A stretch of DNA of 64,000 bases, from NCBI GenBank assembly GCA_964016885.1, contig OZ024740.1:430528001-430592000 (forward strand). Reading direction: 5' to 3'. This DNA comes from Eledone cirrhosa (taxonomy: Eukaryota). A program made the position numbers and the translations under genes. This document shows, one piece after another, positions 27,001 through 45,000 of this stretch. The notes under the pieces are model-generated. The model was not told the origin of the DNA, did no database searches, and was given only the letters and a program-made list of their open reading frames with translations. Position 1 is the first letter of the stretch, and each line of letters begins with the position of its first letter.

Positions 27001-30000
27001 TAATATATTACAGCCAGTATATATAATATATTACAGCCAGTATATATAATATATTACAGCCAGTATATATAATATATTACAGCCAGTATATATAATATAT
27101 TACAGCCAGTATATATAATATATTACAGCCAGTATATATAATATATTACAGCCAGTACATAATATATTACAGCCAGTATATAATATATTACAGCCAGTAT
27201 ATATAATATATTACAGCCAGTATATAATATATTACAGCCAGTTTATATAATATATTACAGGCAGTATATATAATATATTACAGCCAGTACATATAATATA
27301 TTACAGCCAGTACATATAATATATTACAGCCAGTATATATAATATATTACAGCCAGTACATATAATATATTACAGCCAGTACATATAATATATTACAGCC
27401 AGTATATATAATATATTACAGCCAATATATATAATATATTACAGCCAGTATATATAATATATTACAGCCAGTACATATAATATATTACAGCCAGTATATA
27501 TAATATATTACAGCCAGTATATATAATATATTACAGCCAGTATATATAATATATTGCAGCCAGTATATAATATATTACAGTCAGTATATATAATATATTA
27601 CAGCCAGTATATAATATATTACAGACAGTATATATAATATATTACAGACAGTATATATAATATATTACAGACAGTATATAATATATTACACACCAGTATA
27701 TAATATATTAAAGCCAGTATATATAATATATTAAAGCCAGTATATATAATATATTAAAGCCAGTATATATAATATATTACAGACAGTACATATAATATAT
27801 TACAGCCAGTTTATAATATATTACAGCCAGTTTATAATATATTACAGCCAGTATATATAATATATTACAGCCAGTATATATAATATATTACAGCCAGTAT
27901 ATAATATATTAAAGCCAGTATATAATATATTAAAGCCAGTATATATAATATATTACAGACAGTACATATAATATATTACAGCCAGTTTATAATATATTAC
28001 AGCCAGTTTATAATATATTACAGCCAGTATATAATATATTACAGCCAGTATATATAATATATTACAGCCAGTATATATAATATATTACAGCCAGTATATA
28101 ATATATTACAGCCAGTTTATATAATATATTACAGCCAGTACATATAATATATTACAGCCAGTACATATAATATATTACAGCCAGTATATATAATATATTA
28201 CAGCCAATATATATAATATATTACAGCCAGTATATATAATATATTACAGCCAGTACATATAATATATTACAGCCAGTATATATAATATATTACAGCCAGT
28301 ATATATAATATATTACAGCCAGTATATATAATATATTGCAGCCAGTATATAATATATTACAGTCAGTATATATAATATATTACAGCCACTATATATAATA
28401 TATTACAGCCAGTATATAATATATTACAGCCAGTATATATAATATATTACAGCCAGTATATATAATATATTACAGCCACTATATATAATATATTACAGCC
28501 AGTATATAATATATTACAGCCAGTATATATAATATATTACAGCCAGTATATATAATATATTACAGCCAATATATATAATATATTACAGCCAGTATATATA
28601 ATATATTACAGCCAGTATATAATATATTACAGCCAGTATATAATATATTACAGCCACTATATAATATATTACAGCCAGTATATATAATATATTACAGCCA
28701 GTATATAATATATTACAGCCAGTATATATAATATATTACAGCCAGTATATATAATATATTACAGCCAATACATATAATATATTACAGCCAGTATATAATA
28801 TATTACAGCCAGTATATAATATATTACAGCCAGTATATATAATATATTACAGCCAGTATATAATATATTACAGCCAGTATATATAATATATTACAGCCAG
28901 TATATAATATATTACAGCCACTATATATAATATATTACAGCCAGTATATATAATATATTACAGCCAGTATATATAATATATTACAGCCAGTATATATAAT
29001 ATATTACAGCCAGTATATATAATATATTACAGCCAGTATATATAATATATTACAGCCAATATATATAATATATTACAGCCAGTATATATAATATATTACA
29101 GCCAGTATATATAATATATTACAGCCAGTATATATAATATATTACAGCCAGTACATAATATATTACAGCCAGTATATAATATATTACAGCCAGTATATAT
29201 AATATATTACAGCCAGTATATAATATATTACAGCCAGTATATATAATATATTACAGCCAGTATATAATATATTACAGTCAGTATATATAATATATTACAG
29301 CCACTATATATAATATATTACAGCCAGTATATAATATATTACAGCCAGTATATATAATATATCACAGCCAGTATATATAATATATTACAGCCAGTATATA
29401 ATATATTACAGTCAGTATATATAATATATTACAGACAGTATATATAATATATTACAGCCAGTATATAATATATTAAAGCCAGTATATATAATATATTAAA
29501 GCCAGTATATATAATATATTACAGACAGTACATATAATATATTACAGCCAGTTTATAATATATTACAGCCAGTTTATAATATATTACAGCCAGTATATAT
29601 AATATATTACAGCCAGTATATATAATATATTACAGCCAGTATATAATATATTACAGCCAGTATATATAATATATTACAGCCAGTATATAATATATTAAAG
29701 CCAGTATATAATATATTAAAGCCAGTATATATAATATATTACAGCCAGTTTATAATATATTACAGCCAGTATATAATATATTACAGCCAGTATATATAAT
29801 ATATTACAGCCAGTATATAATATATTACAGCCAGTATATATAATATATTACAGCCAGTATATATAATATATTACAGCCAGTATATATAATATATTACAGC
29901 CAGTATATAATATATTACAGCCAGTTTATATAATATATTACAGCCAGTATATATAATATATTACAGCCAGTATATAATATATTACAGCCAGTATATATAA

Positions 30001-33000
30001 TATATTACAGCCAGTACATATTATATATTACAGCCAGTACATATAATATATTACAGCCAGTATATATAATATATTACAGCCAGTATATATAATATATTAC
30101 AGCCAATATATATAATATATTACAGCCAGTACATATAATATATTACAGCCAGTATATAATATATTACAGCCAGTATATATAATATATTACAGCCAGTATA
30201 TAATATATTACAGTCAGTATATATAATATATTACAGCCACTATATATAATATATTACAGCCACTATATATAATATATTACAGCCAGTATATAATATATTA
30301 CAGCCAGTATATATAATATATTACAGCCAATATATATAATATATTACAGCCAGTATATAATATATTACAGCCAGTATATAATATATTACAGCCAGTACAT
30401 ATAATATATTACAGCCACTATATATAATATATTACAGCCAGTATATAATATATTACAGCCAGTATATATAATATATTACAGCCAATATATATAATATATT
30501 ACAGCCAGTATATATAATATATTACAGCCAGTACATATAATATATTACAGCCAGTATATAATATATTACAGCCAGTATATAATATATTACAGCCAGTATA
30601 TAATATATTACAGCCACTATATAATATATTACAGCCACTATATATAATATATTACAGCCAGTATATAATATATTACAGCCAGTATATATAATATATTATA
30701 GCCAGTATATATAATATATTACAGCCAGTATATATAATATATTACAGCCAGTATATAGAATATATTACAGCCAGTATATATAATATATTACAGCCAGTAT
30801 ATATAATATATTACAGCCAGTATATAATATATTAAAGTCAGTATATATAATATATTACAGCCAGTATATATAATATATTACAGCCAGTATATAATATATT
30901 ACAGCCAGTATATAATATATTAAAGCCAGTATATAATATATTAAAGCCAGTATATATAATATATTACAGACAGTACATATAATATATTACAGCCAGTTTA
31001 TAATATATTACAGCCAGTTTATAATATATTACAGCCAGTATATAATATATTACAGCCAGTATATATAATATATTACAGCCAGTATATAATATATTACAGC
31101 CAGTTTATATAATATATTACAGCCAGTATATATAATATATTACAGCCAGTACATATAATATATTACAGCCAGTATATATAATATATTACAGCCAGTACAT
31201 ATAATATATTACAGCCAGTACATATAATATATTACAGCCAGTATATATAATATATTACAGCCAATATATATAATATATTACAGCCAGTATATATAATATA
31301 TTACAGCCAGTACATATAATATATTACAGCCAGTATATAATATATTACAGCCAGTATATATAATATATTACAGCCAGTATATATAATATATTACAGCCAG
31401 TACATATAATATATTACAGCCAGTACATATAATATATTACAGCCAGTATATAATATATTACAGCCAGTATATATAATATATTACAGCCAGTACATATAAT
31501 ATATTACAGCCAGTATATATAATATATTGCAGCCAGTATATAATATATTACAGTCAGTATATATAATATATTACAGCCACTATATATAATATATTACAGC
31601 CAGTATATAATATATTACAGCCAGTATATATAATATATTACAGCCAGTATATATAATATATTACAGCCACTATATATAATATATTACAGCCAGTATATAA
31701 TATATTACAGCCAGTATATATAATATATTACAGCCAGTATATATAATATATTACAGCCAATATATATAATATATTACAGCCAGTATATATAATATATTAC
31801 AGCCAGTATATAATATATTACAGCCAGTATATAATATATTACAGCCAGTACATATAATATATTACAGCCACTATATATAATATATTACAGCCAGTATATA
31901 TAATATATTACAGCCAGTATATATAATATATTACAGCCAGTATATATAATATATTACAGCCAGTATATATAATATATTACAGCCAGTATATATAATATAT
32001 TACAGCCAGTATATATAATATATTACAGCCAGTATATATAATATATTACAGCCAATATATATAATATATTACAGCCAGTATATATAATATATTACAGCCA
32101 GTATATATAATATATTACAGCCAGTATATAATATATTACAGCCAGTATATATAATATATTGCAGCCAGTATATATAATATATTACAGCCAATACATATAA
32201 TATATTACAGCCAGTATATAATATATTACAGCCAGTATATAATATATTACAGCCAGTATATATAATATATTACAGCCAGTATATAATATATTACAGCCAG
32301 TATATATAATATATTACAGCCAGTATATAATATATTACAGCCACTATATATAATATATTACAGCCAGTATATATAATATATTACAGCCAGTATATATAAT
32401 ATATTACAGCCAGTATATATAATATATTACAGCCAGTATATATAATATATTACAGCCAGTATATATAATATATTACAGCCAGTATATATAATATATTACA
32501 GCCAATATATATAATATATTACAGCCAGTATATATAATATATTACAGCCAGTATATATAATATATTACAGCCAGTATATATAATATATTACAGCCAGTAC
32601 ATAATATATTACAGCCAGTATATAATATATTACAGCCAGTATATATAATATATTACAGCCAGTATATAATATATTACAGTCAGTATATATAATATATTAC
32701 AGCCAGTATATAATATATTACAGCCAGTATATATAATATATTACAGCCAGTATATAATATATTACAGTCAGTATATATAATATATTACAGCCAGTATATA
32801 ATATATTAAAGCCAGTATATATAATATATTAAAGCCAGTATATATAATATATTACAGACAGTACATATAATATATTACAGCCAGTTTATAATATATTACA
32901 GCCAGTTTATAATATATTACAGCCAGTATATATAATATATTACAGCCAGTATATATAATATATTACAGCCAGTATATAATATATTACAGCCAGTATATAA

Positions 33001-36000
33001 TATATTACAGCCAGTATATATAATATATTACAGCCAGTATATATAATATATTACAGCCAGTATATAATATATTAAAGCCAGTATATAATATATTAAAGCC
33101 AGTATATATAATATATTACAGACAGTACATATAATATATTACAGCCAGTTTATAATATATTACAGCCAGTATATATAATATACTACAGCCAGTATATAAT
33201 ATATTACAGCCAGTATATATAATATATTACAGCCAGTATATAATATATTACAGCCAGTATATATAATATATTACAGCCAGTATATATAATATATTACAGC
33301 CAGTATATAATATATTACAGCCAGTATATATAATATATTACAGCCAGTTTATAATATATTACAGCCAGTATATATAATATATTACAGCCAGTTTATAATA
33401 TATTACAGCCAGTATATATATATATTACAGCCAGTATATAATATATTACAGCCAGTATATATAATATATTACAGCCAGTACATATAACATATTACAGCCA
33501 GTATATAAAATATTACAGCCAGTACATATAATATATTACAGCCAGTATATATAATATATTACAGCCAGTATATATAATATATTACAGCCAGTATATATAA
33601 TATATTACAGCCAGTATATATAATATATTACAGCCAGTGCATATAATATATTACAGCCAGTATATAATACATTACAGCCAGTACATATAATATATTACAG
33701 CCAGTATATATAATATATTACAGCCAGTACATATAATATATTACAGCCAGTATATATAATATATTACAGCCAGTACATATAATATATTACAGCCAGTACA
33801 TATAATATATTACAGCCAGTATATATAATATATTACAGCCAGTATATATAATATATTACAGCCAGTATATATAATATATTACAGCCAGTATATAATATAT
33901 TACAGCCAGTATATAATATATTACAGCCAGTGTATATAATATATTACAGCCAGTATATATAATATATTACAGCCAGTATATATAATATATTACAGCCAAT
34001 ATATATAATATATTACAGCCAGTATATATAATATATTACAGCCAGTACATATAATATATTACAGCCAGTATATAATATATTACAGCCAGTATATATAATA
34101 TATTACAGCCAGTATATAATATATTACAGTCAGTATATATAATATATTACAGCCACTATATAATATATTACAGCCAGTATATATAATATATTACAGCCAG
34201 TATATATAATATATTACAGCCAGTATATATAATATATTACAGCCAGTATATATAATATATTACAGCCAGTATATATAATATATTACAGCCAGTATATAAT
34301 ATATTACAGCCAGTATATAATATATTACAGACAGTATATATAATATATTACAGACAGTATATAATATATTACAGCCAGTATATAATATATTAAAGCCAGT
34401 ATATATAATATATTAAAGCCAGTATATATAATATATTAAAGCCAGTATATATAATATATTACAGACAGTACATATAATATATTACAGCCAGTTTATAATA
34501 TATTACAGCCAGTATATATAATATATTACAGCCAGTATATATAATATATTACAGCCAGTATATAATATATTAAAGCCAGTATATAATATATTAAAGCCAG
34601 TATATATAATATATTACAGACAGTACATATAATATATTACAGCCAGTTTATAATATATTACAGCCAGTTTATAATATATTACAGCCAGTATATAATATAT
34701 TACAGCCAGTATATATAATATATTACAGCCAGTATATAATATATTACAGCCAGTATATATAATATATTACAGCCAGTATATATAATATATTACAGCCAGT
34801 ATATAATATATTACAGCCAGTTTATATAATATATTACAGCCAGTATATATAATATATTACAGCCAGTACATATAATATATTACAGCCAGTACATATAATA
34901 TATTACAGCCAGTATATATAATATATTACAGCCAGTACATATAATATATTACAGCCAGTACATATAATATATTACAGCCAGTATATATAATATATTACAG
35001 CCAATATATATAATATATTACAGCCAGTATATATAATATATTACAGCCAGTACATATAATATATTACAGCCAGTATATATAATATATTACAGCCAGTATA
35101 TATAATATATTACAGCCAGTATATATAATATATTGCAGCCAGTATATAATATATTACAGTCAGTATATATAATATATTACAGCCACTATATATAATATAT
35201 TACAGCCAGTATATAATATATTACAGCCAGTGTATATAATATATTACAGCCAGTATATATAATATATTACAGCCACTATATATAATATATTACAGCCAGT
35301 ATATAATATATTACAGCCAGTATATATAATATATTACAGCCAGTATATATAATATATTACAGCCAATATATATAATATATTACAGCCAGTATATATAATA
35401 TATTACAGCCAGTATATAATATATTACAGCCAGTATATAATATATTACAGCCACTATATAATATATTACAGCCAGTATATATAATATATTACAGCCAGCA
35501 TATAATATATTACAGCCAGTATATATAATATATTACAGCCAGTATATATAATATATTACAGCCAATACATATAATATATTACAGCCAGTATATAATATAT
35601 TACAGCCAGAATATAATATATTACAGCCAGTATATATAATATATTACAGCCAGTATATAATATATTACAGCCAGTATATATAATATATTACAGCCAGTAT
35701 ATAATATATTACAGCCACTATATATAATATATTACAGCCAGTATATATAATATATTACAGCCAGTAGATATAATATATTACAGCCAGTATATATAATATA
35801 TTACAGCCAGTATATATAATATATTACAGCCAGTATATATAATATATTACAGCCAATATATATAATATATTACAGCCAGTATATATAATATATTACAGCC
35901 AGTATATATAATATATTACAGCCAGTATATATAATATATTACAGCCAGTACATAATATATTACAGCCAGTATATAATATATTACAGTCAGTATATATAAT

Positions 36001-39000
36001 ATATTACAGCCAGTATATAATATATTACAGCCAGTATATATAATATATTACAGCCAGTATATAATATATTACAGTCAGTATATATAATATATTACAGCCA
36101 GTGTATAATATATTAAAACCAGTATATATAATATATTAAAGCCAGTATATATAATATATTACAGACAGTACATATAATATATTACAGCCAGTTTATAATA
36201 TATTACAGCCAGTTTATAATATATTACAGCCAGTATATATAATATATTACAGCCAGTATATAATATATTACAGCCAGTATATAATATATTACAGCCAGTA
36301 TATATAATATATTACAGCCAGTATATATAATATATTATAACCAATATATAATATATTAAAGCCAGTATATAATATATTAAAGCCAGTATATATAATATAT
36401 TACAGACAGTACATATAATATATTACAGCCAGTTTATAATATATTACAGCCAGTTTATAATATATTACAGCCAGTATATATAATATATTACAGCCAGTAT
36501 ATAATATATTACAGCCAGTATATATAATATATTACAGCCAGTATATAATATATTACAGCCAGTATATATAATATATTACAGCCAGTATATATAATATATT
36601 ACAGCCAGTATATAATATATTACAGCCAGTATATAATATATTACAGCCAGTTTATATAATATATTACAGCCAGTATATATAATATATTACAGCCAGTTTA
36701 TAATATATTACAGCCAGTATATATATATATTACAGCCAGTATATAATATATTACAGCCAGTATATATAATATATTACAGCCAGTACATATAACATATTAC
36801 AGCCAGTATATAAAATATTACAGCCAGTACATATAATATATTACAGCCAGTATATATAATATATCACAGCCAGTATATATAATATATTATAGCCAGTATA
36901 TATAATATATTACAGCCAGTATATATAATATATTACAGCCAGTATATATAATATATTACAGCCAGTATATATAATATATTACAGCCAGTGCATATAATAT
37001 ATTACAGCCAGTATATAATACATTACAGCCAGTACATATAATATATTACAGCCAGTATATATAATATATTACAGCCAGTACATATAATATATTACAGCCA
37101 GTATATATAATATATTACAGCCAGTATATATAATATATTACAGCCAGTATATATAATATATTACAGCCAATATATATAATATATTACAGCCAGTACATAT
37201 AATATATTACAGCCAGTATATATAATATATTACAGCCAGTATATAATATATTACAGCCAGTATATATAATATATTATAGCCACTATATATAATATATTAC
37301 AGCCAGCATATAATATATTACAGCCAGTATATAATATATTACAGCCAGTATATATAATATATTACAGTCAGTATATATAATATATTACAGCCACTATATA
37401 TAATATATTACAGCCAGTATATAATATATTACAGCCAGTATATATAATATATTACTGCCAGTATATAATATATTACGGCCAGTATATAATATATTACAGC
37501 CTGTATATATAATATATTACAGCCAGTATATAATATATTACAGCCAATATATATAATATATTACAGCCAGTATATATAATATATTACAGCCAGTATATAT
37601 AATATATTACAGCCAATATATATAATATATTACAGCCAATATATATAATATATTACAGCCAGTATATATAATATATTACAGCCAGTATATATAATATATT
37701 ACAGCCAGTATATATAATATATTACAGCCAGTCAATATATTACAGCCAGTATATATAATATATTACAGCCAGTATATATAATATATTACAGCCAGTATAT
37801 AATATATTACATCCAGTATATATAATATATTACAGCCAGTATATATAATATATTACAGCCAGTTTATATAATATATTACAGCCAGTATATAATATATTAC
37901 AGCCAGTATATATAATATATTACAGCCAGTATATATAATATATTACAGCCAGTATATAATATATTACAGCCAGTATATATAATATATTACAGCCAGTATA
38001 TAATGTATTACAGCCAGTATATAATATATTACAGCCAGTGTATATAATATATTACAGCCAGTATATAATATATTACAGCCAGTTTATATAATATATTACA
38101 GTCAGTATATATAATATATTACAGCCAGTATATAATATATTACGGCCAGTATATATAATATATTACAGCCAGTATATAATATATTACAGCCAGTACATAT
38201 AATATATTACAGCCAGTACATACAATATATTACAGCCAGTATATATAATATATTATAGCCAGTATATAATATATTACAGCCAGTATATTATATATTACAG
38301 CCAGTACATATAATATATGACAGCCAGTATATATAATATATAACAGCCACTATATATAATATATTACAGACAGTACATATAATATATTACAGCCAGTATA
38401 TATAATATATTACAGCCAGTACATATAATATATTACAGCCAGTACATATAATATATTACAGCCAGTATATATAATATATTACAGCCAGTATATAATATAT
38501 TACAGCCAGTATATAATATATTACAGCCAGTACATATAATATATTACAGCCACTATATATAATATATTACAGCCAGTATATAATATATTACAGCCAGTAT
38601 ATATAATATATTACAGCCAGTATATAATATATTACAGCCAGTATATAATATATTACAGCCAGTATATATAATATATTACAGCCAGTATATAATATATTAC
38701 AGCCAGTATATATAATATATTACAGCCAGTATATAATATATTACAGCCACTATATATAATATATTACAGCCAGTATATATAATATATTACAGCCAGTATA
38801 TATAATATATTACAGCCAGTATATATAATATATTACAGCCAGTATATATAATATATTACAGCCAGTATATATAATATATTACAGCCAGTATATATAATAT
38901 ATTACAGCCAGTATATATAATATATTACAGCCAATATATATAATATATTACAGCCAGTATATATAATATATTACAGCCAGTATATATAATATATTACAGC

Positions 39001-42000
39001 CAGTATATATAATATATTACAGCCAGTACATAATATATTACAGCCAGTATATAATATATTACAGCCAGTATATATAATATATTACAGCCAGTATATAATA
39101 TATTACAGTCAGTATATATAATATATTACAGCCAGTATATAATATATTACAGCCAGTATATATAATATATTACAGCCAGTATATAATATATTACAGTCAG
39201 TATATATAATATATTACAGCCAGTATATAATATATTAAAGCCAGTATATATAATATATTAAAGCCAGTATATATAATATATTACAGACAGTACATATAAT
39301 ATATTACAGCCAGTTTATAATATATTACAGCCAGTTTATAATATATTACAGCCAGTATATATAATATATTACAGCCAGTATATATAATATATTACAGCCA
39401 GTATATAATATATTACAGCCAGTATATAATATATTACAGCCAGTATATATAATATATTACAGCCAGTATATATAATATATTACAGCCAGTATATAATATA
39501 TTAAAGCCAGTATATAATATATTAAAGCCAGTATATATAATATATTACAGACAGTACTTATAATATATTACAGCCAGTTTATAATATATTACAGCCAGTT
39601 TATAATATATTACAGCCAGTATATATAATATATTACAGCCAGTGTATATAATATATTACAGCCAGTATATATAATATATTACAGCCAGTATATAATATAT
39701 TACAGCCAGTATATATAATATATTACAGCCAGTATATAATATATTACAGCCAGTATATAATATATTACAGCCAGTATATAATATATTACAGCCAGTATAT
39801 ATAATATATTACAGCCAGTATATATAATATATTACAGCCAGTATATAATATATTACAGCCAGTATATATAATATATTACAGCCAGTATATATAATATATT
39901 ACAGCCAGTATATAATATATTACAGCCAGTATATAATATATTACAGCCAGTTTATATAATATATTACAGCCAGTATATATAATATATTACAGCCAGTTTA
40001 TAATATATTACAGCCAGTATATATATATATTACAGCCAGTATATAATATATTACAGCCAGTATATATAATATATTACAGCCAGTACATATAACATATTAC
40101 AGCCAGTATATAAAATATTACAGCCAGTACATATAATATATTACAGCCAGTATATATAATATATTACAGCCAGTATATATAATATATTACAGCCAGTATA
40201 TATAATATATTACAGCCAGTATATATAATATATTACAGCCAGTGCATATAATATATTACAGCCAGTATATAATACATTACAGCCAGTACATATAATATAT
40301 TACAGCCAGTATATATAATATATTACAGCCAGTACATATAATATATTACAGCCAGTACATATAATATATTACAGCCAGTATATATAATATATTACAGCCA
40401 GTATATATAATATATTACAGCCAGTATATATAATATATTACAGCCAGTATATAATATATTACAGCCAGTATATAATATATTACAGCCAGTGTATATAATA
40501 TATTACAGCCAGTATATATAATATATTACAGCCAGTATATATAATATATTACAGCCAATATATATAATATATTACAGCCAGTATATATAATATATTACAG
40601 CCAGTACATATAATATATTACAGCCAGTATATAATATATTACAGCCAGTATATAATATATTACAGCCAGTATATATAATATATTACAGCCAGTATATAAT
40701 ATATTACAGTCAGTATATATAATATATTACAGCCACTATATAATATATTACAGCCAGTATATATAATATATTACAGCCAGTATATATAATATATTACAGC
40801 CAGTATATATAATATATTACAGACAGTATATATAATATATTACAGACAGTATATATAATATATTACAGACAGTATATAATATATTACAGCCAGTATATAA
40901 TATATTAAAGCCAGTATATATAATATATTAAAGCCAGTATATATAATATATTAAAGCCAGTATATATAATATATTACAGACAGTACATATAATATATTAC
41001 AGCCAGTTTATAATATATTACAGCCAGTTTATAATATATTACAGCCAGTATATATAATATATTACAGCCAGTATATATAATATATTACAGCCAGTATATA
41101 ATATATTAAAGCCAGTATATAATATATTAAAGCCAGTATATATAATATATTACAGACAGTACATATAATATATTACAGCCAGTTTATAATATATTACAGC
41201 CAGTTTATAATATATTACAGCCAGTATATAATATATTACAGCCAGTATATATAATATATTACAGACAGTATATAATATATTACAGCCAGTATATATAATA
41301 TATTACAGCCAGTATATATAATATATTACAGCCAGTATATAATATATTACAGCCAGTTTATATAATATATTACAGCCAGTATATATAATATATTACAGCC
41401 AGTATATATAATATATTACAGCCAGTACATATAATATATTACAGCCAGTACATATAATATATTACAGCCAGTATATATAATATATTACAGCCAGTACATA
41501 TAATATATTACAGCCAGTACATATAATATATTACAGCCAGTATATATAATATATTACAGCCAATATATATAATATATTACAGCCAGTATATATAATATAT
41601 TACAGCCAGTACATATAATATATTACAGCCAGTATATATAATATATTACAGCCAGTATATATAATATATTACAGCCAGTATATATAATATATTGCACCCA
41701 GTATATAATATATTACAGTCAGTATATATAATATATTACAGCCACTATATATAATATATTACAGCCAGTATATAATATATTACAGCCAGTGTATATAATA
41801 TATTACAGCCAGTATATATAATATATTACAGCCACTATATATAATATATTACAGCCAGTATATAATATATTACAGCCAGTATATATAATATATTACAGCC
41901 AGTATATATAATATATTACAGCCAATATATATAATATATTACAGCCAGTATATATAATATATTACAGCCAGTATATAATATATTACAGCCAGTATATAAT

Positions 42001-45000
42001 ATATTACAGCCACTATATAATATATTACAGCCAGTATATATAATATATTACAGCCAGCATATAATATATTACAGCCAGTATATATAATATATTACAGCCA
42101 GTATATATAATATATTACAGCCAATACATATAATATATTACAGCCAGTATATAATATATTACAGCCAGAATATAATATATTACAGCCAGTATATATAATA
42201 TATTACAGCCAGTATATAATATATTACAGCCAGTATATATAATATATTACAGCCAGTATATAATATATTACAGCCACTATATATAATATATTACAGCCAG
42301 TATATATAATATATTACAGCCAGTAGATATAATATATTACAGCCAGTATATATAATATATTACAGCCAGTATATATAATATATTACAGCCAGTATATATA
42401 ATATATTACAGCCAATATATATAATATATTACAGCCAGTATATATAATATATTACAGCCAGTATATATAATATATTACAGCCAGTATATATAATATATTA
42501 CAGCCAGTACATAATATATTACAGCCAGTATATAATATATTACAGTCAGTATATATAATATATTACAGCCAGTATATAATATATTAAAACCAGTATATAT
42601 AATATATTAAAGCCAGTATATATAATATATTACAGACAGTACATATAATATATTACAGCCAGTTTATAATATATTACAGCCAGTTTATAATATATTACAG
42701 CCAGTATATATAATATATTACAGCCAGTATATAATATATTACAGCCAGTATATATAATATATTACAGCCAGTATATATAATATATTATAACCAATATATA
42801 ATATATTAAAGCCAGTATATATAATATATTACAGACAGTACATATAATATATTACAGCCAGTTTATAATATATTACAGCCAGTTTATAATATATTACAGC
42901 CAGTATATATAATATATTACAGCCAGTATATAATATATTACAGCCAGTATATATAATATATTACAGCCAGTATATAATATATTACAGCCAGTATATATAA
43001 TATATTACAGCCAGTATATATAATATATTACAGCCAGTATATAATATATTACAGCCAGTATATAATATATTACAGCCAGTTTATATAATATATTACAGCC
43101 AGTATATATAATATATTACAGCCAGTTTATAATATATTACAGCCAGTATATATATATATTACAGCCAGTATATAATATATTACAGCCAGTATATATAATA
43201 TATTACAGCCAGTACATATAACATATTACAGCCAGTATATAAAATATTACAGCCAGTACATATAATATATTACAGCCAGTATATATAATATATCACAGCC
43301 AGTATATATAATATATTACAGCCAGTATATATAATATATTACAGCCAGTATATATAATATATTACAGCCAGTATATATAATATATTACAGCCAGTATATA
43401 TAATATATTACAGCCAGTGCATATAATATATTACAGCCAGTATATAATACATTACAGCCAGTACATATAATATATTACAGCCAGTATATATAATATATTA
43501 CAGCCAGTACATATAATATATTACAGCCAGTATATATAATATATTACAGCCAGTATATATAATATATTACAGCCAGTATATATAATATATTACAGCCAAT
43601 ATATATAATATATTACAGCCAGTACATATAATATATTACAGCCAGTATATATAATATATTACAGCCAGTATATAATATATTACAGCCAGTATATATAATA
43701 TATTACAGCCAGTATATATAATATATTATAGCCACTATATATAATATATTACAGCCAGCATATAATATATTACAGCCAGTATATAATATATTACAGCCAG
43801 TATATATAATATATTACAGTCAGTATATATAATATATTACGGCCAGTATATAATATATTACAGCCTGTATATATAATATATTACAGCCAGTATATAATAT
43901 ATTACAGCCAATATATATAATATATTACAGCCAGTATATATAATATATTACAGCCAGTATATATAATATATTACAGCCAATATATATAATATATTACAGC
44001 CAATATATATAATATATTACAGCCAGTATATATAATATATTACAGCCAGTATATATAATATATTACAGCCAGTATATATAATATATTACAGCCAGTCAAT
44101 ATATTACAGCCAGTATATATAATATATTACATCCAGTATATATAATATATTACAGCCAGTATATATAATATATTACAGCCAGTTTATATAATATATTACA
44201 GCCAGTATATAATATATTACAGCCAGTATATATAATATATTACAGCCAGTATATATAATATATTACAGCCAGTATATAATATATTACAGCCAGTATATAT
44301 AATATATTACAGCCAGTATATAATGTATTACAGCCAGTATATAATATATTACAGCCAGTGTATATAATATATTACAGCCAGTATATAATATATTACAGCC
44401 AGTTTATATAATATATTACAGTCAGTATATATAATATATTACAGCCAGTATATAATATATTACGGCCAGTATATATAATATATTACAGCCAGTATATAAT
44501 ATATTACAGCCAGTACATATAATATATTACAGCCAGTACATATAATATATTACAGCCAGTATATATAATATATTATAGCCAGTATATAATATATTACAGC
44601 CAGTATATTATATATTACAGCCAGTACATATAATATATTACAGCCAGTATATATAATATATAACAGCCACTATATATAATATATTACAGACAGTACATAT
44701 AATATATTACAGCCAGTATATATAATATATTACAGCCAGTACATATAATATATTACAGCCAGTACATATAATATATTACAGCCAGTATATATAATATATT
44801 ACAGCCAGTATATAATATATTACAGCCAGTACATATAATATATTACAGCCAGTATATATAATATATTACAGCCACTATATATAATATATTACAGCCAGTA
44901 TATATAATATATTACAGCCAGTATATATAATATATTACAGCCAGTATATATAATATATTACAGCCAGTATATATAATATATTACAGCCAATATATATAAT